Source: Bdellovibrionota bacterium (lineage in GTDB: Bacteria; Bdellovibrionota_C; UBA2361; CALJRW01). From it: 64,000 bases of DNA. The number at the start of each line of letters is the position of its first letter. The stretch's first letter is position 1. Under the pieces are notes generated by a model that was given only the letters and a program-made list of their open reading frames with translations, was not told where the DNA came from and searched no databases. Positions 20,055 through 30,157 of the stretch are shown piece after piece. The stretch is taken from the NCBI GenBank assembly GCA_041740355.1, contig JBGSMD010000009.1:66864-130863 (forward strand), given 5' to 3'. The position numbers were made by a program, and so were the translations under genes.

Positions 20055-20224
20055 TTGTATCTAACGAGGTTGACCTAAACACAAATTTATCCTATAAAAT
20101 TGCTTCCTGATTGTTATTGTCTGGGGCTGAAAATAATCTTATTGGCTAGGACATAACACTTTGGAATCCCAAGGTAATTGGAATTTAAACTCTTAATTAA
20201 TTTGTTTATATTCTAATTACCTTT

Positions 20225-20297
<73 letters not shown>

Positions 20298-20340
20298 ATT
20301 CCCTTTTCAGTGAATTACCCCAAAATTATATTCTTATTCA

Positions 20341-20428
20341 ACGACCCACTGGTTAGTGGTTGTTTGTTGATTCCTTCCGTTCCACTTCAGGAATGTGTGG
20401 GTCGTAGGTTCGAATCCTACACGGCTCA
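20341..20428. repeat. partial tRNA-Lys copies: an inverted 14-mer (20341-20354, revcomp of tRNA positions 37-50) and a direct 30-nt copy of the tRNA 3' end (20399-20428 = tRNA 20268-20297)
   Basis: Exact matches read from the sequence. Confidence 0.9.
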
Positions 20429-20691
20429 AACTTTTCCAAAAGATCTCGCGTAGCGAGAAAAGACACTAAAAGTTTGTCGCGCCATAGCACGCAGTGCGAC
20501 GGCGGACTGCTTTAATTTCAATCAACTCCTATTCCAAACGTTTTCATTTAACAAGAAATAACACGGAAAATATTAATTCCATGGCAGAGAATCCCACGGT
20601 CGATCTTTCACCAATAATTCAATAATTTTTTCTATATTATTAGTCTTAACTAGGATATATACTTATCTTATAATTTTATGGTTTAAAATAT

Positions 20692-21789
20692 ATGATTAAA
20701 TTTATTTCGATTCTTATTTTGACCTCCATCATCTTAACTTTTTCGTCTTTTGCTGAAGAAACAAAGATCCGGATTGGAGCAACCCTCCCACTTACCGGGG
20801 ACCTAGCAACATATGGAAATTTAATAAAGAATGGGATTGAGTTAGCTAAGTCTGATTTAAAATCAGAAGGAATTGATATTAATCTGTACTTTGAAGACAT
20901 TCCTGTATCTGGCAATGAAGTACTTGCTGGTTTAAAGAAGTTAATTAGCCTCGATCAAGTTCATGGAATTGCTGGAAATTTTTCAAACATTGCTATGGCA
21001 AGCATGTCTAGTATTATTGATAAAAATCAAATACCAACGTTTCATACTGCTGCTGCTGCTGATCCATTAATACTAGATGGAAGTAATTATATTATAACTA
21101 CTAATATCGCCATCAAAGATGAGGCTGAAGAAATGGCTTTAAGAATGTTTAATGATTACAATATTAAGAAGCTTGCGGTAATTTATGTTGAAAGTAATTT
21201 TGGAGAGGCTTACCGCGATTTTTTTAAAAGTAAATTCATAGAGATAGGAGGTAGTATTGTCTCCGAACAAAGTTTAGCATTATCTGATACTGAGTTTAAA
21301 ATGCAAATAACCAAGACCTTGTCCAAAAACCCTGAAGCGATATATTTTGGGTGTTTCGGTCGATTTTTAGGGCATGCAATGAAACAAGCAAGGAGTTTGG
21401 GTTCAAGAATTCCTTTTTTCTCGGTGTATGAAAGTGAAGATAGTTCAGTACTTGAATCTGGAGGTGTCGCAGCGGAAGGACTGAAATATTTAGTAACAAC
21501 AGCCGTTTCAGGAACAGATAAACAAATTAAATTTCGAGAACGATATTTTAAAAAGTATAATCTTGAACCTGGAACCTTTGGTTCAAATGCCTATGACTCC
21601 ACCATTCTGCTAGCTAGATCTTTGCATATCTGTCAATTGGATTCTAAGTGTACAATTGAGAAGATATATAAAACTAGGGATTTTTCAGGCGTTAGTGGTG
21701 AATTTTCTATCAAATCTAACGGAGCTAGCACGAAAAAGTTTTTTATGAGAACAGTAAAAAACGGAAAGTTTGTTGATGTTAATCTTTAA
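20692..21789 (+). CDS. periplasmic branched-chain amino acid-binding protein family (LivK/Peripla_BP_6-like) solute-binding protein
   Basis: Signal peptide. IRIGATLPLTGDLATYG is typical of the Leu/Ile/Val-binding protein family. No adjacent permease or ATPase genes. Confidence 0.75.
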   Translation: MIKFISILILTSIILTFSSFAEETKIRIGATLPLTGDLATYGNLIKNGIELAKSDLKSEGIDINLYFEDIPVSGNEVLAGLKKLISLDQVHGIAGNFSNIAMASMSSIIDKNQIPTFHTAAAADPLILDGSNYIITTNIAIKDEAEEMALRMFNDYNIKKLAVIYVESNFGEAYRDFFKSKFIEIGGSIVSEQSLALSDTEFKMQITKTLSKNPEAIYFGCFGRFLGHAMKQARSLGSRIPFFSVYESEDSSVLESGGVAAEGLKYLVTTAVSGTDKQIKFRERYFKKYNLEPGTFGSNAYDSTILLARSLHICQLDSKCTIEKIYKTRDFSGVSGEFSIKSNGASTKKFFMRTVKNGKFVDVNL

Positions 21790-21872
21790 ATATTTTCTTT
21801 AGTTAATATCTTATATATCGTTTAATATCGAGACTGCACCTTCGAAAATAATAAACTAGTGCGTGTATCTTT

Positions 21873-22589
21873 TTAATTACTACACTTCGCCTTATCATAA
21901 GCTGGTAGTTTCACAAGAAAGCCTTTTTCGGCAGGCACTAATGGCAAAGAGCCTAAACTTTGGACTAGGTCTTTTAAATTAGTTGATTTTTTAGGATTAG
22001 CAATTGGCTTAACAAGCGCCGGTAGATCTTCTACAAGTAATGGATTGTAATAACTAATACTAGTACCAAGATCTAAGACTGAAGCAAAATAAATCTTATC
22101 TTCAGGATAACTATTTTTATCTAAATAATCAGGATTAGCAGATATTGCCTTCCCTGTTTTCGGATCGTTTTTAAATTGGTAACGTGCAAAAATTTCGGGA
22201 AAATTAGCTCCAACCTTACTAGCACAAGAATTTTTACCGTCCGAATCTGAGCAAATAAACAAGGCAACAGGACCTTTCGGTAAGCTAGCTAAATCAAAAT
22301 CGAAGATTGAACTACTGCTTTTGGGATCAGCAGAATCTAGTAAAGTTTTAGTTATAACCTTATTTTCATTTAAAGCTTCTAAAGTTACAATCACTTTAGC
22401 AAGCTGACCCTTGGAGACGCGCTCTTCAGACTCATACTTAATGGCATCAAGGTCGCCAAATACACAGCGTTCTTCACGATCAATCTTAATAGTGAGTTGG
22501 CTATCTTTAATATCTAAGGACTTAGCTTCTGCCAATAATTCAGGTCCAATAATTAAGAGGAAAGCTAATAAACTAATAATAAATTTCAT
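21873..22589 (-). CDS. secreted hypothetical protein
   Basis: Signal peptide (LLIIGPELLAEA). No motif. Confidence 0.45.
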   Translation of the reverse strand: MKFIISLLAFLLIIGPELLAEAKSLDIKDSQLTIKIDREERCVFGDLDAIKYESEERVSKGQLAKVIVTLEALNENKVITKTLLDSADPKSSSSIFDFDLASLPKGPVALFICSDSDGKNSCASKVGANFPEIFARYQFKNDPKTGKAISANPDYLDKNSYPEDKIYFASVLDLGTSISYYNPLLVEDLPALVKPIANPKKSTNLKDLVQSLGSLPLVPAEKGFLVKLPAYDKAKCSN

Positions 22590-22745
22590 GATGATTGCTC
22601 CACGCTGAATTGGTAAATGTCACTAAAAAGTAATTTGTAAATTACAAATTTTGATTAACTAATTATCTGTGAATTAATAAAAAACTGGACTGCGTCCATA
22701 CTACTGATGTTGTGGATGCCTCAAAGGTTTTACCCCTTGAGGCAC

Positions 22746-25700
22746 TTAATCACTTTTGATTTGATCAAATTCTGTTTGAAGAACTAAATCACCAGTATAA
22801 ATACCTTCGGAAACTAACAAATGATTATCCACCTCTGAAACTGAAATCTCAGATAGGGTAAAGTTAATCACATTTTGACCTACAACAACAGGTAATAATT
22901 CCTGTGAACTAACAGCAATCCAAGTTCCATCAGCTTTTTTAACTTCATCGCCTGGCTTAACTTCGATCGCACGTTTTAAGCCTGCTTTAGTTAAGACAAC
23001 GTGTTTCTGACTGATCTTAATTTTTTCCACACCATAAGTTAACTGAACCAAGGCTTCTGTTTCAGGTCCTTCTACTACTTTTAATACCTCTAATTTTTGA
23101 CCTGGGGCTCCAAGTAAATAATCACCAACTTTAACATTTTCAACAAGTACTTCTTGATTGTTAGCTAAAGTTACTTTTGTCCCTGGAGGGAAACATCCAT
23201 CAGATCCCCGATTACAAGCACATGTCCAGCAGGCATTCGGATCGGCTGACAGTTTAGTACCTGTGTAATCAGTCTGACCACCATTAGCATCAGTTACAAT
23301 AACATTACCATTAACGTCGACTCGGGTTACCCCTTGGTTAAGATTTGTATTGTTATAGAACAGATCAGCAATACCCTTATAGTTAGTAAAGTTAAATGCT
23401 GAATCAACCCCGTCACCCTTCACACAAACTATTTTTTTAGGATCACAATAATCATTATAACGATATCGACCTCGATCTACTTGAGTAGGAACAGGAACAT
23501 TATCACAAACGTTAACAACATCACATGTAGAAGAACATCCTGAGCCAGCTACACCATTATTAACTCCAAGGTCACATTTCTCTCCAAGTTCAGAACTTAC
23601 AATACCATCTCCACAATATTTCGTGATCTCACATTCTGTATTACAAATTTGCTTCGTTGGACTTGCTTGAGATCCAGGAATTAAATCAAAATCAGTTCCA
23701 TCGCAAAGTTCATTCTCATCCCTTATTCCATCACCACAATAAGGTACCTCTTCACATGTTACTGAACATCGAGAATTTGGTGTGCCATTACTTGCACCAA
23801 GATCACATTTTTCCCCTAGTTCCGGACTCAAGATACCATCTCCACAATATGGATTAATGGTACATTCATTATTACAAACTTGATTTGTCAGACTTATCTG
23901 TACTCCTTGATCTAAATAAAAGTCATCTCCATCACAAAGCTCACCTTCGTTACGAAATCCATCTCCACAGTATGGAGGAAATTCAACTCGGCAAAATTCA
24001 TTACAGGTTACCTTAGTAGGATCTACATTTAATGGGAAGTTAAGATCATCAGCGAAATCGCTGCCATCACATTCCTCATAAACTGGACAGCCAATAGCCT
24101 GACATGTTGGTTGATCTTTAGGTATGCCATTTACAATTCCATCTCCGCAGTATGGAGTCATTTCACAGTTCAGTGAACATCTAGAACCTAGTGTCCCATT
24201 TTTTACACCAAGGTCACATAGTTCTCCAAGTTCTGGACTGAAAATTCCGTCTCCACAATATAAGTTTACTTCACAAATGGAATTACATAATTGATCGGTA
24301 GTACTAACTTGAAGACCTTCAGCTAAATCAAAGTCATCACCATCACAAAGCTCGCCTTCACTCCGAATACCATCTCCACAATATGGCTCATCTTCACAGG
24401 TTAAGGAACATCTAGAACCAGGAGCACCGTTATTTTCTCCAAGATCACATTTTTCCCCTAATTCAAGATTTAGAATACCATCGCCACAATATGGATTAAT
24501 CCTACATTCTTCATTACAGACTTGATTGGCCAGACTGCTTTGAACTCCCGGATCTAAATTAAAGTCATCTCCATCACAAAGTTCCCCTTCATTTCGAATA
24601 TCATCACCACAATATGGTGGAAATTCTACTCGACAATAATCATTACAAGTTACTTTAGTGCGGTCAACATTTAATGGGTAATTAATATCATCCGAAAAAT
24701 CATTGCCATCACATTCTTCATAAACTGGACACCCAATTGCCTGGCAGGTCAGATCATCTTTAGAAACTCCATTAACAATTCCATCACCACAATACGGCTT
24801 AACTGTTACTTCACAGCTAGCGGAACAGGTTAGATTATTAAGCGGAATGTTATTAGGATTAGCATAGCCACTGAAATCATTTCCATCACAAATTTCACCA
24901 GCAGTTACGACTCCATCACCACAATAATCCTCTACAATGACAGTACAATCATCCCTACATGTTAAGGCATCCTGAGGGATATCCGCTTTATCAGGATTAA
25001 GTTCAAAGTAAACTGAAAAATCTTCACCATCGCATTCTTCGGTATCTGTGCAATAGCCCCAATCTTCTTCGAAGTTATCAACACAAAATGCTCGCTTCGC
25101 TTCTCCATCCCCACAATAAGGTCGGACATGAACATTACAACTTCCTGTACAAATTAAATTTGCTAGGGGAATATTATTTGGATTGGCATAATTACCAAAA
25201 TTTGTACCTTCGCAGATTTCATTGTCTGCTAATTGTCCATCTCCACAATATGGATCAATCTGACATTCGTTGGAACATTTTGCATTAGGATGAGTTACTC
25301 CACCAAGATCTGTTAAATCACATTCTTCAACTCCTGCCTGAATTTCACCATCACCACAATAGGTACATTTAAATCCATTTGCTCGGCAGTTTGGAACATA
25401 ACTTGCTTGACCAACTTTAATTCCATAATCACAATTCTCATTGTTAGTTTCATCTAAAAATCCATCGCCACAAACAACTACTTTGCAATTGTTGCGACAT
25501 GTCTTGCCAGCTGGAGTGTCAGTTCCATCACATTCTTCTAAGGGATTATTAACATCGTTATCTCCGCACTTAGTGCAATCCTCTCGACATCCAGTTTTAG
25601 TTTGAGGATCATTATAATCACAAGTTTCGCCTTTTGGTAAATCTATTTCTTGTGTCCAAACTCCATCACCGCAATAAGGAAGTCGGCAATCGGCACGGCA

Positions 25701-25973
25701 ATTATCCGTTAAGATCTTATTGCCATCATCACATTCTTCATCAAGTAAAATTAATCCATCACCGCAATATGAACAGGTCAGACATTCACAGTTTTTACAG
25801 CCACAAACATTAGGATCAGAAATGACTGCCGCAACAGAATTTGGATAGGCACTGCAATCTAGGTTTGAGATAACAGAATCTTGTGCGACTGTAAATGTTG
25901 GAATACTTGCTAGTATGAACAGGCTACAAAGTAACCTCACACAAAGAATAGAGAAAATTTTCGAGTTGGACAT
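22746..25973 (-). CDS. large secreted cysteine-rich repeat protein (Myxococcus-type CxxCGDG...ECD repeats, ~18 copies) with a C-terminal Hint/BIL (bacterial intein-like) domain
   Basis: Signal peptide. YCGDG(I/V)...E(L/I)CD(G/L) is reiterated through residues ~60-800. The C-terminal ~150 aa begin CFPPGTKV and end HLLVSEGIYTGDLVL, matching the Hint-domain pattern. There is extensive DNA-level internal repetition. Confidence 0.8.
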   Translation of the reverse strand: MSNSKIFSILCVRLLCSLFILASIPTFTVAQDSVISNLDCSAYPNSVAAVISDPNVCGCKNCECLTCSYCGDGLILLDEECDDGNKILTDNCRADCRLPYCGDGVWTQEIDLPKGETCDYNDPQTKTGCREDCTKCGDNDVNNPLEECDGTDTPAGKTCRNNCKVVVCGDGFLDETNNENCDYGIKVGQASYVPNCRANGFKCTYCGDGEIQAGVEECDLTDLGGVTHPNAKCSNECQIDPYCGDGQLADNEICEGTNFGNYANPNNIPLANLICTGSCNVHVRPYCGDGEAKRAFCVDNFEEDWGYCTDTEECDGEDFSVYFELNPDKADIPQDALTCRDDCTVIVEDYCGDGVVTAGEICDGNDFSGYANPNNIPLNNLTCSASCEVTVKPYCGDGIVNGVSKDDLTCQAIGCPVYEECDGNDFSDDINYPLNVDRTKVTCNDYCRVEFPPYCGDDIRNEGELCDGDDFNLDPGVQSSLANQVCNEECRINPYCGDGILNLELGEKCDLGENNGAPGSRCSLTCEDEPYCGDGIRSEGELCDGDDFDLAEGLQVSTTDQLCNSICEVNLYCGDGIFSPELGELCDLGVKNGTLGSRCSLNCEMTPYCGDGIVNGIPKDQPTCQAIGCPVYEECDGSDFADDLNFPLNVDPTKVTCNEFCRVEFPPYCGDGFRNEGELCDGDDFYLDQGVQISLTNQVCNNECTINPYCGDGILSPELGEKCDLGASNGTPNSRCSVTCEEVPYCGDGIRDENELCDGTDFDLIPGSQASPTKQICNTECEITKYCGDGIVSSELGEKCDLGVNNGVAGSGCSSTCDVVNVCDNVPVPTQVDRGRYRYNDYCDPKKIVCVKGDGVDSAFNFTNYKGIADLFYNNTNLNQGVTRVDVNGNVIVTDANGGQTDYTGTKLSADPNACWTCACNRGSDGCFPPGTKVTLANNQEVLVENVKVGDYLLGAPGQKLEVLKVVEGPETEALVQLTYGVEKIKISQKHVVLTKAGLKRAIEVKPGDEVKKADGTWIAVSSQELLPVVVGQNVINFTLSEISVSEVDNHLLVSEGIYTGDLVLQTEFDQIKSD

Positions 25974-26267
25974 GAATTGAACCTTAATATCTATGAAACC
26001 TATGAGTTAAGATTCAGATCCAGACAAATTCGATTCTTGCTTCTAAATTGATTAAAGGAATTATTTTAAGTTATCATCATTCTAGAAACAAATAGTAATT
26101 TCAAGTAGTTACATTTAGAATAAAAGCTCTTAGCTTTAAGCAGGCTTCTTAAAACATGTAACCAACTCACTGCGCAGAACATTTATCTATAAGTTCATAT
26201 TGCAATGATAATAGATGGTTACTGAAATTCTCTGGAAACAAATTCCGTTTAGTTTTCTTAGCTTTAT

Positions 26268-26957
26268 TTACTCCGTCGCTATTTCTTCTTCTATTACTTC
26301 TGGATCCAGCGTAATAACAGGTTCAACTTGAACAGCTACTGGCTGATTAATAATTTCCATTGCAGTTAAATCGCCAGTGACAATCCCATTTGATAACAAC
26401 ATGTGATTTTCAAGCTGGTCATCCCCTTCTAGCCTAATATTAAAAACTTTCTGCTTAGCTTTCACTGGTAAATACTGTACTTTTGATACTTCAGCTTTCG
26501 TTCCATTAAGATTAGCCAAGTGACCTCGTTTAACATCTCTAGCAGGAATAGTTCCTTCGTCAGTTTTAACTGGATGGGTCTCCGTAACTTTGACTGTTTT
26601 ATTACCAACAGTAATTACAACAATCGGTTCAGATTCAAAAGACTCCAGAACATTAACTACTTTAGCTATTTTTCCACTGACAGGATTTATCACTTGATCT
26701 CCAACTTGGATATCTTTAATTGCTTTCTCCAGTCCATCTCCCATCAGGATTTTGGTATCTGGCACAAAACAACTTGGCAATGCTTGTGGTGAGCCTTGTT
26801 GCGAGCTTGCCGAACCCTGTGGTGAGCCCTGTGGTGAGCTTGTCGAACCCACTGTCGAACCACCACTGCCTTCCGCAACCAACAAAATTGGAATACTAAT
26901 TAATAACAAAGTATAAATTAGGCTTTTAGATAAATTGGCAATTTGAGATAGAAACAT
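26268..26957 (-). CDS. small secreted Hint/BIL-domain protein
   Basis: Signal peptide. Ser/Gln/Gly-rich linker (GSPQGSASSQQGSPQ), then CFVPDTKILMGDG...NHMLLSNGIVTGDL, a Hint-domain pattern paralogous to the C-terminus of the upstream 1075-aa protein. Confidence 0.7.
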   Translation of the reverse strand: MFLSQIANLSKSLIYTLLLISIPILLVAEGSGGSTVGSTSSPQGSPQGSASSQQGSPQALPSCFVPDTKILMGDGLEKAIKDIQVGDQVINPVSGKIAKVVNVLESFESEPIVVITVGNKTVKVTETHPVKTDEGTIPARDVKRGHLANLNGTKAEVSKVQYLPVKAKQKVFNIRLEGDDQLENHMLLSNGIVTGDLTAMEIINQPVAVQVEPVITLDPEVIEEEIATE

Positions 26958-27202
26958 GAATTAAACCTTTAGGGCATAGATAAAAAAGTTATTAGAATTC
27001 AATCAGAACGTATTCGATTCTTGCTCCTAAAAACAAGAAATTTAGTAACTTGATTATCATGCTAGCGAATGTCAGCTTAATTACCAATAGTAAAATTTAA
27101 GCTGACTGAACGAGAACTGCTTATAACCTATTCTTTTAATCCGAAGCATAAAAAAAGTCAGAGGTTCTAAGCATCTCCGATAACTAGAAATTGTAGGTAC
27201 AA

Positions 27203-27631
27203 TTAAAACAATTTACCTATTAAATCCTTTGCTTTACCAAGAAAACTGCCCTCTCCCTTAAAGATATTTAAAATCGAGCTAAGCTTACCGCCAAAAAGTC
27301 CACTTACAAAATCTATTCCGTAATCTAGAAAACTAGGTTTTTCCACTACACTCTGATTATTTCCACCTAAAGAGTTACCATTATTAGCAGCAAGCGAATT
27401 AGTGTTGTTAACGCCACCAAAACCAATTTGTTGAAAAATATTATTGACTGTCTGCAAGATAATATTAGTTAGTCCATTTAGTAAATTATCAATAAATGGA
27501 TGCTGACACTGCGTTGAAGCAGTGGAATTTAAACTGGTACTATAATTAGTCTGTAATGGTGCTTGATTAATCATAGAAGTTTCCAATTGATAAGGAATGG
27601 CGGAGGTATTAATTGGTTTAATATCTAACAT
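27203..27631 (-). CDS. hypothetical N/G/S-rich small protein
   Basis: ORF of 142 aa with low-complexity composition. Confidence 0.3.
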   Translation of the reverse strand: MLDIKPINTSAIPYQLETSMINQAPLQTNYSTSLNSTASTQCQHPFIDNLLNGLTNIILQTVNNIFQQIGFGGVNNTNSLAANNGNSLGGNNQSVVEKPSFLDYGIDFVSGLFGGKLSSILNIFKGEGSFLGKAKDLIGKLF

Positions 27632-27949
27632 TTGGTGTCCCTTTTTAAAAAATTAAAGTCACCTATACCAAAAACAAACTTCAAAAAGTAAATTTTTCCG
27701 GGATTTCTGGATGATACATATTGAATTACTTCAACATATCAATAATTTTTTTTACATTGGAAAGGATTTACCCGTATCGAAGTAAAGAAATCTGGCAAGG
27801 ATCCATTTGGTGTATTAATAACTTTTGGTTACTAACTACACCGGAATAAATCCTTATCGAAATTTTGATTAAGATGTTGCTTAATAAAACTCTGGATATA
27901 ATTTCTTTTAAGAATTTGAAAAAGCTTTGATTGTCAGGTGACTTCTAGA

Positions 27950-28990
27950 TTAGATTAACATTTCTCTTTCTGCAGCATTTTTACGATATTCCTGATAATG
28001 CTGAGAATTTTGAAGGAATAATCCCGCGCCAGCTACGACAGCAGAAATTGGATCAGGAGCTCGATGGACCTTAATTCCCAGCTCTTCAGATAAACGTTTC
28101 TCAAGTCCACGAAGTAGACTTCCTCCGCCGGAAAGATTTAATCCAGTGGAGATAATATCCCCAGCAAGTTCTGGCGGGGTTATTTCTAAGGTTTGGCGAA
28201 TTGCTGAGATAATACTGGAAACAACTTCTGACATAGACTCTCGCATTTCCTTGCTAGTCACTGTGATACAGTGTGGCGCACCACTTGTTAAACTGCGCCC
28301 TTTAACTTTCATCTCTAAAGTATCGAAGTCAGAATGTGCCGAGCCAATAGTTAGTTTAATCTTCTCCGCTGTTAATTCGCCAATCAAAAGATGACGAACT
28401 CGCCGCAGATAGTTAATTATTGCTTCATCAATGGTATCTCCCCCTTGGCGAACAGAAAGGGCTTGCACAACATCACCTAAACTAATAACTGCGATATCCG
28501 TAGTTCCACCTCCGATATCTACAATCATATTAGCTGTGGCTTCGTCGACTGGTAAGTTTGAACCGATTGCTGCGGCCATCGCTTCGTCAACTAATTGAAC
28601 TTCTCTGGTTTTGTTTTCAATGGAAAGTCGAATCGCTCTTTTTTCTACTTCAGTAATTCCACAAGGAATACCTACAATCACACGAGGTTTAAAGATTGTA
28701 ATATTATTATCGGTAACTTTATCTAAGTAATGAGCTAACATCATACCTGCAACTTCAAAGTCAGCGATAACACCTGTACGAACTGGGCGAACAACATCAA
28801 CTCCTGGAGGTGTTTTTCCTAACATTGCTTTAGCTTCCGCGCCGAAAGCGATAGGTACTTTTTTATTCCCAACTTTCTTAACAGCAACAACACTAGGCTC
28901 ATTTAAGATAATTCCCGCGTCTTTGGCATAGATTAAAGTGTTAGCAGTACCTAAATCAATGGCTAAATCTCTAGCAACAAAACTGAACAT
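27950..28990 (-). CDS. mreB: rod shape-determining protein MreB
   Basis: Actin-fold motifs DLGTANTLIY and VDIGGGTTDIAV. Length 346 aa. Confidence 0.95.
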   Translation of the reverse strand: MFSFVARDLAIDLGTANTLIYAKDAGIILNEPSVVAVKKVGNKKVPIAFGAEAKAMLGKTPPGVDVVRPVRTGVIADFEVAGMMLAHYLDKVTDNNITIFKPRVIVGIPCGITEVEKRAIRLSIENKTREVQLVDEAMAAAIGSNLPVDEATANMIVDIGGGTTDIAVISLGDVVQALSVRQGGDTIDEAIINYLRRVRHLLIGELTAEKIKLTIGSAHSDFDTLEMKVKGRSLTSGAPHCITVTSKEMRESMSEVVSSIISAIRQTLEITPPELAGDIISTGLNLSGGGSLLRGLEKRLSEELGIKVHRAPDPISAVVAGAGLFLQNSQHYQEYRKNAAEREMLI

Positions 28991-29261
28991 GAAATAATCT
29001 ATTTTAAAAAATGGAAAAATACAGGATACTTAAACTCTCTGCTCGTCTTTTTAGAAAAAATGTCGAGTAAGGAGGGTGAGCAAAGTAATGGCTAAGCAAT
29101 TTTTTGCCGCAGAAAACAAATACTCAAAACCAAAAAGTGAAAAATGCAATTCTTACCCGCCGATGCTTTTGCAAAGGAGGACGCATTTTACCACCACGTT
29201 TCACCAAAACATAATAGGTTTGAGTAGATAATAGTTCTAATTCTCTGAAAAATCAAACAAT

Positions 29262-30110
29262 ATGGCTACAATTAAGACAATTGCTGTTATTGGTGCTGGG
29301 CAAATGGGTCTAGGGATTGCTGAACTTTGTGCTAGCAAAAATTTTAAAGTCCAACTCTATGATAGCAACACGCAAATATTAAATAATGCCAAAATACGCC
29401 TCACTGCATCAGGACTTAAGTTAGTGGAAAAAGGCAAAATGACATCGGCCCTCCAGTCACAAATTATTAACAACATTGAAACATTTAACGATCTCACAAA
29501 ATTAAAATCTGCGGATTTAATTATTGAAGCTGTAATTGAAAATTGTGAGGTAAAGTCATCCCTTTTTAAAAACCTCTCCTCAATTGTTCAAGAATCAGCA
29601 ATCTTGGCTTCGAACACTTCTTCCCTTTCAATTACTAGGATGGCAAATTCTTTTATTCGCCCTGATAAATTTATTGGACTGCACTTCTTCAATCCAGCAC
29701 CAGTAATGCCATTAGTGGAAGTGATTGGCGGTTTAAAAACAAGTTTAAGTACGAAACAAGATATTCGTGCCTTTGTACTATTATTAGGAAAAGAACCAAT
29801 TGAGGCTCCTGACACACCAGGCTTTCTTGTTAATCGCATATTATGTCCGATGATTAATGAAGCGATTTTTCTATTAGCAGAGGGAAATGCGGTGCAAGAT
29901 ATTGATCAAGCGATTAAACTTGGGGCCAATCATCCTATGGGTCCACTACAATTAGCAGATTTTGTGGGACTAGATACTCTTTTAAGGATTTTAGAATGCT
30001 ATCAAATTGAATTTGGAGAGGATAAATATCGCCCTTGCCCTTTACTCCGACAATATGTCGATGCCGGATGGCTAGGTAAAAAATCAGGTCGTGGTTTTTA
30101 TAACTATTAA
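29262..30110 (+). CDS. hbd: 3-hydroxyacyl-CoA/3-hydroxybutyryl-CoA dehydrogenase
   Basis: NAD-binding IAVIGAGQMGLGIA. HFFNPAPVMPLVEV signature. Length 282 aa. Confidence 0.9.
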   Translation: MATIKTIAVIGAGQMGLGIAELCASKNFKVQLYDSNTQILNNAKIRLTASGLKLVEKGKMTSALQSQIINNIETFNDLTKLKSADLIIEAVIENCEVKSSLFKNLSSIVQESAILASNTSSLSITRMANSFIRPDKFIGLHFFNPAPVMPLVEVIGGLKTSLSTKQDIRAFVLLLGKEPIEAPDTPGFLVNRILCPMINEAIFLLAEGNAVQDIDQAIKLGANHPMGPLQLADFVGLDTLLRILECYQIEFGEDKYRPCPLLRQYVDAGWLGKKSGRGFYNY

Positions 30111-30157
30111 AAAGTTAATCTTCAAAAGATTTTTTAAGTCTCCGCAAATCAACAGCA

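Noticed and set aside
20399-20428. Partial tRNA-Lys copy considered as the 3' end of a tmRNA
   Set aside because: No matching 5' acceptor strand, no tag-peptide reading frame (ANDENYALAA-like) and no pseudoknot-rich body could be found. The upstream 73 nt form a complete ordinary tRNA-Lys.
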